Shown here: positions 25,276 through 32,640 of the stretch, one piece after another | How positions within the stretch are numbered: position 1 is the stretch's first letter | Layout of the letters: each line of letters begins with the position of its first letter | Source: an uncultured Methanospirillum sp. | Lineage (GTDB): Archaea > Halobacteriota > Methanomicrobia > Methanomicrobiales > Methanospirillaceae | Assembly: GCA_964501565.1 (NCBI GenBank) | Contig: CAZCUJ010000003.1 | Span: 41,100 to 105,099, forward strand | Length of the DNA: 64,000 nucleotides | Reading direction: 5' to 3' | The notes under the pieces: model-generated | What the model was told of the DNA's origin: nothing | Databases searched by the model: none | The model's input: the letters and a program-made list of their open reading frames with translations, nothing else | Program-made: the position numbers and the translations under genes

Positions 25276-26593
25276 GATGACGATGGACACGGAGATCTTC
25301 GAGAGACGCACGCCCCTCCTCCTCCGGGACGTGCAATGCGACGACCGCATCGTCGACGTGGTCGTCGGCGACGACGGCCTGGTCGCCGCGATCGGCGAGG
25401 GAGCCGCGCGCGGGCACGAGTTCGACCACGCGATCGAGGGGCAGGGACGCGTCCTCCTGCCGGGGCTTGCGAACACACACACCCACGCCGCCATGACCCT
25501 GCTGCGGGGGTACGCGGACGACATGCTGCTGCAGCCCTGGCTCGCCGAGCGGATCTGGCCGCTCGAGGCGCACCTCGCCGCGGACGACATCTACTGGGGC
25601 ACGCGCCTCGCCTGCCTCGAGATGGTCGCGACGGGGACGGTCGGGTTCAACGACATGTACTTCTTCATGGAGTCCGCCGCCCGCGCCGTGGACGAGGCAG
25701 GCCTGCGCGCCCAGCTCGCCTACGGTTTCATCGACCTCTCGGATCCCGAGAAGCGCGAGCGCGAGTGCCGCGCCACCGAGGCGTTCGCAGACGCGGTCGC
25801 CCGGATGGCGAACCCGCGGATCTCCGCGGCCGTCGGACCGCACGCGGTGTACACGGTCTCGCCCGAGGGGCTCGCCTGGAACGCGGACTTCGCCCGGGAG
25901 CGGGGCCTGGGGGTCCACGTCCACCTCGCCGAGACCGGGACCGAGGTGACGGACGCGGTGCGGTCGACGGGACGGCGCCCGGCCGCGCTCCTGGACGAGG
26001 CGGGCCTCCTCGGCCCGCGCACGGTCGCGGCCCACGGCTGCTGGCTCGACGATCCCGAGTGCCGGCTGCTCGCCGAGCGGAAGGTGACGGTCTCGCACAA
26101 CCCGGCCTCGAACATGAAGCTCGCGACCGGCCGCGCGATGCCCTATCCTGCGCTGCGGGCGGCCGGCGCCCGCGTCGCGCTCGGCACGGACGGCGCGGCC
26201 TCGAACAACGGCCTCGACCTCTTCGGAGAGATGAAGACGGCCGCGCTCCTCCAGAAGTTCGCGTGGAACGACCCGACCGTCCTCCCGTCGCACGAGGCCC
26301 TCGCCCTCGCCACGGAGCACGCCCACGCGGCCCTCGGGTTCCCGGGGGGCCGGATCGAGGTCGGGGCGCCGGCCGACCTGGTCCTTCTCGAGACACGCAT
26401 CCCCTGCAACACGCCGCTCCACCACGCCGTCTCGAACGCCGTCTACGCCTGTCCCGGCTCGGCGGTCACGACCACGCTCTGCGCAGGAAGGGTGCTGATG
26501 CACGAGCGCGTGATCCCCGGCTCCGACGAGGTACTGGACGGGGCCGCCCGCGCCGCTGCCTCGCTCGTCGCCCGGGCCCTCGCCGGGGCCTGA
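25265..26593 (+). CDS. mtaD: 5'-methylthioadenosine / S-adenosylhomocysteine / 5'-deoxyadenosine deaminase (amidohydrolase)
   Basis: 442 aa. 'LPGLANTHTHAAMTLLRGYADD', 'HVHLAETGTEV', 'VAAHGCWL', 'VSHNPASNMKLATG' and 'LGTDGAASNN' are MtaD/DadD signatures. An alternative ATG lies a few codons in. Confidence 0.85.
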   Translation: MSCEMTMDTEIFERRTPLLLRDVQCDDRIVDVVVGDDGLVAAIGEGAARGHEFDHAIEGQGRVLLPGLANTHTHAAMTLLRGYADDMLLQPWLAERIWPLEAHLAADDIYWGTRLACLEMVATGTVGFNDMYFFMESAARAVDEAGLRAQLAYGFIDLSDPEKRERECRATEAFADAVARMANPRISAAVGPHAVYTVSPEGLAWNADFARERGLGVHVHLAETGTEVTDAVRSTGRRPAALLDEAGLLGPRTVAAHGCWLDDPECRLLAERKVTVSHNPASNMKLATGRAMPYPALRAAGARVALGTDGAASNNGLDLFGEMKTAALLQKFAWNDPTVLPSHEALALATEHAHAALGFPGGRIEVGAPADLVLLETRIPCNTPLHHAVSNAVYACPGSAVTTTLCAGRVLMHERVIPGSDEVLDGAARAAASLVARALAGA

Positions 26594-26655
26594 CGGCCCG
26601 TACCGTACGGGACGTCATTCTGGAAGAACGAAGGGGGGACGGGGGGTCCCCCGGA

Positions 26656-28356
26656 CTAGGCCGTCTGTATCTGCGAGGCGCCCTCGAGGCCGAGATCCGC
26701 GATCGACTGCTCGCGCATCTTGAACTTCTGGATCTTGCCCGAGACCGACATGGGGAAGTCGTCGACGAACTTGATGTACCGCGGGATCTTGAAGCGGGCG
26801 ATCTTGCCGTGGCAGAAGTCCCGGATCTCCTCGGGGGTGGCCGTCTGGCCCTCGCGCAGGGCGACCCAGGCCATCAGCTCCTCGCCGTACTTCTCGTCTG
26901 GCACGCCGATGACGTAGACGTCGCGGACCTTGGGGTGGTGGTGGAGGAACTCCTCGATCTCGCGGGGGTAGATGTTCTCCCCGCCGCGGATCAGCATATC
27001 CTTGAGCCGTCCCTCGATCTTGAAGTACCCCTCCTCGTCCATCGTGCCCAGGTCGCCCGTGTGGACCCAGCCGTTCCGGTCGAGGGTCAGGTGCGTGGCC
27101 GACGGGTTGTTGTAGTAGCACTTCATGACCATGTAGCCCCGGGCGCAGATCTCGCCGACCTCGCCGCGAGGCAGGATCTTGCCGGTTGCCGGGTCGATGA
27201 TCTTGAGCTCGGTGTGGGGGAAGGCCCTGCCGACGGTGGAGACGCGGCGGTCAAGCGGGTCGGTGGTCGTGGTCATGGTCACGCCCGGCGAGGTCTCGGT
27301 CTGGCCGTAGACTATCACGATCTCGGACATGTTCATGTGCGTGTTGACCTGCTTCATCACCTCGATCGGGCAGGGCGAGCCGGCCATGATCCCCGTTCGG
27401 AGCGTGCCGAGGTAATAGTTCGGGAAGGTCGGGTGGCCGAGCTCGGCGATGAACATGGTCGGGACGCCGTGGAGGGCGGTGCACCGCTCGTCCTGGACCG
27501 TCCTGAGCACGGCCTCGGCGTTGAAGTCCGGCGCGGGAAGAACCATGGTCGAGCCGTGGGTCATGCAGGCCATGTTCGAGAGAACCATGCCGAAACAGTG
27601 GTAGAACGGCACGGGGATGCAGAGCCGGTCGGCCTCGGTGAAGCGCATCCCCTCGCCGATGATGAACCCGTTGTTGAGGACGCTGTGGTGGCTCAGCACG
27701 ACCCCCTTCGGGAAGCCCGTGGTCCCGCTCGTGTACTGGATGTTGAGCGGGTCGTCGAAGTCGACGGCCTCGGCCCGCTCGGCGAACTCGTCGTCGTTGA
27801 CACCCCGCCCCTTCCTGACCACCTCGCTCCAGCGGAACATCCCGTTGTACGGGATCTCGCCGGCGAAGATCACGTTCCTGAGGAACGGGAACTTCTCGGA
27901 CTGGACCCGGCCGGCCTTGCAGTCGAAGGCCTCGGGGCAGGCCTCGTAGAACATGCCGACGTAGTCCGAGGTCTTGAAGCGCCCCTGGACGATCAGGGTC
28001 TGGACCTCGGACTGCCGGAGCGCGTACTCGAGCTCGTACGTCCGGTAGGCGGGGTTGAGGTTGACCAGCACGGCGCCGATCTTGGCCGTGGCGACCTGGG
28101 TGACGATCCACTCGGCGTAGTTCATCATCCAGAGCCCGACCCGGTCGCCCTTCTCGACGCCCAGGGCCATCAGGCCCCGTCCGAGGGCCTCGGCCTGCTC
28201 CTTGAGTTCGCGGTACGTCCAGCGGATCCCCTGGTGGGCCGAGACCAGCGCCTCGGTGTCGGGGTAACGGCCGGCGATCTCGTCGAACATCTCGCCCATC
28301 GTCTTCCCAATGAGGGGGACGGCGGACATGCCCGTCGAGTAGCTGATCAGCGCCAT
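26656..28356 (-). CDS. AMP-forming acyl-CoA synthetase (fatty-acid-CoA ligase family)
   Basis: ~566 aa counted from ATG 28356. '[18 protein letters not shown]' (AMP-binding motif), 'YGQTETSP', '[32 protein letters not shown]' and 'GKIQKFK' are present. Confidence 0.85.
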   Translation of the reverse strand: MALISYSTGMSAVPLIGKTMGEMFDEIAGRYPDTEALVSAHQGIRWTYRELKEQAEALGRGLMALGVEKGDRVGLWMMNYAEWIVTQVATAKIGAVLVNLNPAYRTYELEYALRQSEVQTLIVQGRFKTSDYVGMFYEACPEAFDCKAGRVQSEKFPFLRNVIFAGEIPYNGMFRWSEVVRKGRGVNDDEFAERAEAVDFDDPLNIQYTSGTTGFPKGVVLSHHSVLNNGFIIGEGMRFTEADRLCIPVPFYHCFGMVLSNMACMTHGSTMVLPAPDFNAEAVLRTVQDERCTALHGVPTMFIAELGHPTFPNYYLGTLRTGIMAGSPCPIEVMKQVNTHMNMSEIVIVYGQTETSPGVTMTTTTDPLDRRVSTVGRAFPHTELKIIDPATGKILPRGEVGEICARGYMVMKCYYNNPSATHLTLDRNGWVHTGDLGTMDEEGYFKIEGRLKDMLIRGGENIYPREIEEFLHHHPKVRDVYVIGVPDEKYGEELMAWVALREGQTATPEEIRDFCHGKIARFKIPRYIKFVDDFPMSVSGKIQKFKMREQSIADLGLEGASQIQTA

Positions 28357-28459
28357 CTGTACAGGTTTTGGACGGCGTGGATATAGCAGTGCTGATGAGC
28401 CCATGACGCGGCCGGAAGAAGAATTAATTTAAGGGCGGACCGACCACGTATATAGCATC

Positions 28460-28609
28460 GGGGTCGTGGCCTAGTCCGGAATGGCGACGGGCTCCAGCGG
28501 TCTCGTGCGGGTGATGAACAATGGGTCTCCTGATTGGTGATGACCCGTTGGAGCACTGACGCACATCGGAGAGACCCGTCGATCGTGAGTTCAAATCTCA
28601 CCGACCCCA
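28460..28609 (+). tRNA. trnW: tRNA-Trp (anticodon CCA) with a ~76-nt intron
   Basis: The acceptor GGGGTCG pairs with CGACCCC. The T-arm is GTGAG-TTCAAAT-CTCAC. The anticodon stem ACGGG (28487-91) pairs with CCCGT (28575-79). The anticodon CCA is at 28494-96 and the discriminator is A. No CCA 3' end is encoded. Confidence 0.85.
28498..28573 (+). ncRNA. box C/D guide RNA embedded in the tRNA-Trp intron
   Basis: Box C is GTGATGA (28511-17), D' is CTGA (28530-33), C' is GTGATGA (28537-43) and D is CTGA (28556-59). Both guides are 12 nt. The terminal stem is GTGCG (28505-09) paired with CGCAC (28560-64). The guides pair with the tRNA so that the N+5 positions fall on C34 and C39. Confidence 0.75.
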
Positions 28610-28615
28610 CGTTTC

Positions 28616-29171
28616 TCAGAGGGGCATCCTGTCCTCCGCCTGCATCGCGACCACCAGCTGTTCGAGCTTGGGCTCCGTGTCGAGCAGGGCCGAGATCGAG
28701 CCGTTCTCCTCGAGGTACCCGACCCGGATCCTGTCGAGCCCGTCGATCCCCCTGAGTCTGAGCTCCGCGACGATCTCGTCCCGGGACAGCCGCTCTCGCT
28801 TCATGATCTGCTGGTCGGTCCTCCCGTCGCGGATCAGCACCTTGGCCTCGCCCGAGAGGATCTTCCTGAGCGTGGGGCTCCTGAACTGGGCTCAGCCCAT
28901 CAGGGAGTTGACCGCGAACAGAGTTGCGGCGACGATCAACCCTGCCGTGACGGACGGGTCCTCCGTGTTGATGGCCGGCGATACGGCCTCGACGATGATC
29001 AGCAGAAGGAGATCAGGTCGAACGGGCCGAGCTGGTCGAACTCGCGCTTGCCGACGACGCGAAACGCGACCATCAGCGCGAAGTAGATGACGACGCCTCG
29101 CGCCACGAGCTCCCAGGCGGGGGTCGCGGGGATCAGCAGGTTCTCAAAAGGAATGGCAGGAGATCCGGCAT
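28616..29171 (-). pseudogene. DUF421 (YetF-like) membrane protein, disrupted
   Basis: The C-terminal part 'KVLIRDGRTDQQIMKRERLSRDEIVAELRLRGIDGLDRIRVGYLEENGSISALL' is intact. Upstream there is an in-frame TGA (28892-28894) within '...NSLMG*AQFRSPTLRKILSGE'. There is also a 1-nt frameshift near 29005-29015 between '...GKREFDQLGPFDL' and 'LLLLIIVEAVSPAINT'. A further shift near the N-terminus is possible. Confidence 0.6.
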
Positions 29172-29304
29172 TGAATATTTATTGCTCTCTCCCCTTTTGG
29201 TTCCGTGTATCCGTTGAGCGGCGGCCTGCGCTCGTACCGGCCCCCGTGCCTTCGCGGCGATCTTTATACTGCGTCACCCCAACTATTGATGAAGGGGTTC
29301 CACG

Positions 29305-30492
29305 ATGTACCTGATTGGAGAAGCACTTGTCGGGGACGGCCCCGAGCTCGCGCACGTCGACCTGATCCTGGGGGACAAGACCGGCCCGGTCGGCCAGGCG
29401 TTTGCGAACGGGTTCTCGCAGCTCTCGGCGGGGCACACGCCGCTGCTCGCGGTGATCCGCCCGAACCTGATGACCAAGCCTGCGACCCTGGTGATCCCGA
29501 AGGTGACCCTGAAGAAGGGCGGGCAGGTCCGCGAGATGTTCGGCCCGGTCCAGGCGGCGGTCGCGAAGGCCGTTGCGGACGCACTCGAGGAGGGCCTCTT
29601 CGGCGACCTCGACGTGGACGAGCTGGTGATCCTCGCGTCGGTCTACCTGGACCCGGACGCGGCGGACTACAACCGGATCTACCGGTACAATTACGGCGCG
29701 ACCAAGCTCGCGCTCACGCGGGCGCTCGATCGCTTCCCGCCGACGAAGACCCTGCTCGACGAGAAGGACCGCGCGGCGCATGCGGTCATGGGGTTCAAGG
29801 TGCAGCGGCTCTGGGACCCGCCGTACCTGCAGGTGGCGCTCGACCTGGTCGACATGGGCCGCGTCCGGCATGTCCTGGCCGAGCTGCCCGAGTCTGACCA
29901 CCTGGTCATCGAGGCGGGGACGCCGACGATCAAGCAGTTCGGGCTCTCGGTCATCTCGGAGATCCGGAAGGTCCGGCCGAGCGCGTTCATCATCGCGGAC
30001 CTCAAGACCCTCGACACGGGCAACCTCGAGGCCCGGATGGCCGCCGATGCCACCGCGGACGCGGTCGTGATCTCGGGCCTCGCGCCCCTGCCCACGATCG
30101 AGAACGCGCTGTCCGAGGCGAAGAAGACCGGGATCTACTCGATCATCGACATGCTGAACGTCGCCGACCCGGTGGCGCTGATCCGCGACCTGAAGGTCAA
30201 GCCCGATATCGTCGAGCTCCACCGCGGGATCGACTGCGAGAAGGACGGGACCTGCCATGTCTGGGGCGATATCCCGGCCATGCGCGAGGCCGCCGGTGGC
30301 CGTCTCCTGGTCGCGACGGCCGGCGGCATCCGGGTCGAGAACGTCCACGACGCGCTCGCGGCGGGCTCGCAGATCATCGTCGTGGGACGGGCGATCACGG
30401 CCTCGAAGGACGTCCGCCACGCCGCCGAGGAGTTCCTCGAGCAGCTGGGACAGGCCGAGATCGACCAGTTCCGGATCATGACGGACTTCTGA
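29305..30492 (+). CDS. fae-hps: bifunctional formaldehyde-activating enzyme / 3-hexulose-6-phosphate synthase
   Basis: 395 aa. The N-terminus 'MYLIGEALVGDGPELAHVDLILGDKTGPVGQAF' is Fae. The C-half 'PYLQVALDLVD...EAGTPTIKQFG...IIADLKTLDTG' is an HPS/OMPDC-type barrel. Confidence 0.9.
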   Translation: MYLIGEALVGDGPELAHVDLILGDKTGPVGQAFANGFSQLSAGHTPLLAVIRPNLMTKPATLVIPKVTLKKGGQVREMFGPVQAAVAKAVADALEEGLFGDLDVDELVILASVYLDPDAADYNRIYRYNYGATKLALTRALDRFPPTKTLLDEKDRAAHAVMGFKVQRLWDPPYLQVALDLVDMGRVRHVLAELPESDHLVIEAGTPTIKQFGLSVISEIRKVRPSAFIIADLKTLDTGNLEARMAADATADAVVISGLAPLPTIENALSEAKKTGIYSIIDMLNVADPVALIRDLKVKPDIVELHRGIDCEKDGTCHVWGDIPAMREAAGGRLLVATAGGIRVENVHDALAAGSQIIVVGRAITASKDVRHAAEEFLEQLGQAEIDQFRIMTDF

Positions 30493-30720
30493 TCCGCCAA
30501 ACGAAAAGGCTCGAGAAGACGGTACCGGTCGGACCGGTCACCCCCATTTCATCGCTTTCTGTCTTTTCGAGGTGATCCGGTGACGATCCCGGTCGATAAC
30601 CACCCTCGCGTGGGAATGCCGGGGCCAGGAGGGATATATGGACGGCGGCAGCCGGAGAGCGCCGCGGCCCCCGTCGTTGACCGGTTCCAGGTCGAAAACC
30701 CGCTCCCACGGCGATCGTCC

Positions 30721-30978
30721 TGGATCACATGGATCAGATGGACCATGGTTTTTCTAAAACCCCTGCACGGAGACGGTTTTCAGGAGACTTTCTGGAATAT
30801 TGTGATCAATGTGATCCACGTGATCCAGGAATCCAGTGCCTCTTCTCCAATACCGGAACCGGGTCCGTATCGTGGTATTCTGGATCACATGGATCACGTT
30901 ATTCCGGAAAATCGGTTCAGATCCTGCTCCCTGAAAAAAGTTTGGAGAAACGGTGATCCATGTGATCCACGTGTTCCA
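30721..30978. repeat. four oriented arrays of a 9-bp iteron (GTGATCCA-N) in a convergent intergenic region
   Basis: Arrays lie at 30721-30747 (reverse orientation, 3 units), 30801-30836 (forward, 3-4 units), 30873-30898 (reverse, 2-3 units) and 30952-30978 (forward, 3 units). The 16-mer TGGATCACATGGATCA occurs at 30721 and 30881. Its reverse complement occurs at 30954, and at 30803 with 1 mismatch. Confidence 0.8.
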
Positions 30979-31000
30979 CCCCTCCGGATGAGAGCCCCTC

Positions 31001-31669
31001 TCACCGGGGGGTGACCTCGACCGACTCCCCGGGCCGCAGCACCGCGACGCGAATGTCGGTCGTCCGCTCGAGTGCCTCCTTGAACGGCGCGGGGTCCTGG
31101 ATAATCAGCGGCCACGTGTTGTAGTGAATCGGGACCACGAGCGGGGCGCCGACCCACCGGGCCGCGCACATCGCCGCCGCCGGGTCCATCGTGAACCGCC
31201 CGCCGATGGGGAGGAGCGCAACGTCGGGAGAGTAGAGCGCGCCGATCGTCTTCATGTCCGAGAAGAGCGCCGTGTCGCCCGCGTGGTAGACGGTCACGCC
31301 ATCCATCTCGACGACCATGCCGGCCGCGTCGCCCCCCGGGAGGCGTTCCCCCTCGATCTCGAGGAGGTGCGAGTGAACCGCGTCGGTCATCGTCACCCGG
31401 ACGCCGTCCATCTCGACGGCGCCTCCCGCGTTGATACCCTCCGCCGGGACGCCGCGGCGCGCCAGCTCCTTCGCGATCTCGTTCGTCGAGACCGTCGGGC
31501 ACGCGAGGGCAAGGGCCTCTCCCAGGTGGTCGAAGTGGCCGTGCGTCACCACCACCAGGTCCGGTTCCCGTGGAAGGGTCCCGTTCAGCACGTACGGATC
31601 CATCAGCACCCGGCGCGACCCCTCGAGGAGGACGCAGGCGTGCTCGACAAAGGTCAGCCGCATGGACAA
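31001..31669 (-). CDS. metal-dependent hydrolase, beta-lactamase fold (UPF0173-like)
   Basis: 222 aa. 'LTFVEHACVLLEG', 'VVVTHGHFDHLGEA', 'VYHAGDTALFSDM' and 'VVPIHYNTW' are present. Confidence 0.8.
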   Translation of the reverse strand: MSMRLTFVEHACVLLEGSRRVLMDPYVLNGTLPREPDLVVVTHGHFDHLGEALALACPTVSTNEIAKELARRGVPAEGINAGGAVEMDGVRVTMTDAVHSHLLEIEGERLPGGDAAGMVVEMDGVTVYHAGDTALFSDMKTIGALYSPDVALLPIGGRFTMDPAAAMCAARWVGAPLVVPIHYNTWPLIIQDPAPFKEALERTTDIRVAVLRPGESVEVTPR

Positions 31670-31717
31670 CCGGTCGGTCCCGGTGCGATAAGTCGGTTGC
31701 GATCGAAAAAGAGGGGA

Positions 31718-32329
31718 TCAGGAGAGTTCGGCCAGCTCGGCCTCGGTGATATCGATCGCCTCGCCGAGGCTGTCCGCGGTGGCCGAGTGGGTCATCTGCT
31801 CCGAGAGGTCCCGGTCCTCCATGATGTCCCGGATCCGCTCGAGGTAGACGTCGAGGGTATGGTCCTCCTCCTCCTCGAGCACGTGTCGGTACTCGCGGAG
31901 CGTCGAGGGCGAGACATCGAGGCGCTCCGCGATCTCCTTCATATTGATGTCGGCCGCGATCATCTCCCTGAGCACCTCTTTCTCGAACGGCATCTTGAAG
32001 TCGAGCTCCCGGAAGAGCTTGAGCCGGATCCTCGCCCGCGCCACCGTCTTCGAGAGCTTCTCGTCCCCGAGGTCGCGCGCGATCTCGGTGTCGTTCTTCC
32101 CCGCGTAGAAGTCGGAGACGAGCTTGGCGAGCTGAAGGGGCTTGAGTTTCGTCTTGAAGAAGCCCTGGTCCAGGACCTCCCGCATCACCAGGGCGATCTC
32201 CCGCTCGACAGCATCGCGGTCACGCAGCGACCCGTGGATCTTCTTCATGGGCTCCACTATCTTGGTCTTGCTGGTGATGTTCGAGAACAGCTGGAGGAGC
32301 TGTGCCTTGCGTTGTTCTTCAGCTACCAT
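31718..32329 (-). CDS. putative transcription regulator with two HTH-like segments
   Basis: 203 aa and acidic. 'GKNDTEIARDLGDEKLSKTVARARIRL' and 'DINMKEIAERLDVSPSTLREYRHVL' look like sigma-r4/LuxR-type HTH units. No family assigned. Confidence 0.55.
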   Translation of the reverse strand: MVAEEQRKAQLLQLFSNITSKTKIVEPMKKIHGSLRDRDAVEREIALVMREVLDQGFFKTKLKPLQLAKLVSDFYAGKNDTEIARDLGDEKLSKTVARARIRLKLFRELDFKMPFEKEVLREMIAADINMKEIAERLDVSPSTLREYRHVLEEEEDHTLDVYLERIRDIMEDRDLSEQMTHSATADSLGEAIDITEAELAELS

Positions 32330-32640
32330 GATACACCACAGTCGGATACGGAATTATAACGCCGCGTATAGTATTTAAGAATGCCGTTTTTGCTATTCGC
32401 GGAAACCCCACGATCACCTGTAATATCCGGTAATCTCAGCAGATTGGCGCGAAACCGCGGTCGACCTACCCACATGGTGGACAGCCTCAACCGACTTCCC
32501 GGCTATCCCCGCTCCTACTACGGGATACCATATAGCCTTTTTGGTCGCTGTGCACGCCCGCACCGTTCCTCGTGCCCTGCATGGCCGCAACCCGGGATGC
32601 CTTAATAGCGAGCGGCCCCAAACAAGAGGGAGACGCGATC

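Noticed and set aside
25336-28386. A 1016-aa plus-strand ORF. Similar very long ORFs occur at 43534-46092, 53920-56199, 19097-21307, 14668-16428, 2455-3642 and 29179-30420.
   Set aside because: All of them are extremely R/P/G/D/E-rich and lie antisense or out of frame to genes with clear family signatures (acyl-CoA synthetase, gyrA, DEAD-box helicase, PPK2, S9 peptidase, a membrane protein, fae-hps). They are typical stop-codon-poor shadow ORFs of GC-rich DNA.
30721-30978. Possible CRISPR array or canonical orc1/cdc6-linked oriC.
   Set aside because: The units are 9 bp and directly tandem, with no spacers, and they change orientation, so this is not a CRISPR array. No orc1/cdc6 gene and no recognisable ORB/mini-ORB dyad of the usual form is adjacent, so a canonical origin cannot be claimed. 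It is kept only as an orphan protein-binding array in the findings.
30580-31014. 144-aa and 75-aa ORFs running through the iteron region.
   Set aside because: Their 'WITWIRW / VINVIHVIQ / ILDHMDHVI' peptide repeats are simply the 9-bp DNA repeat read in frame. The same repeat occurs in both orientations, so selection is on DNA rather than protein. Codon usage is poor and there is no convincing start context.
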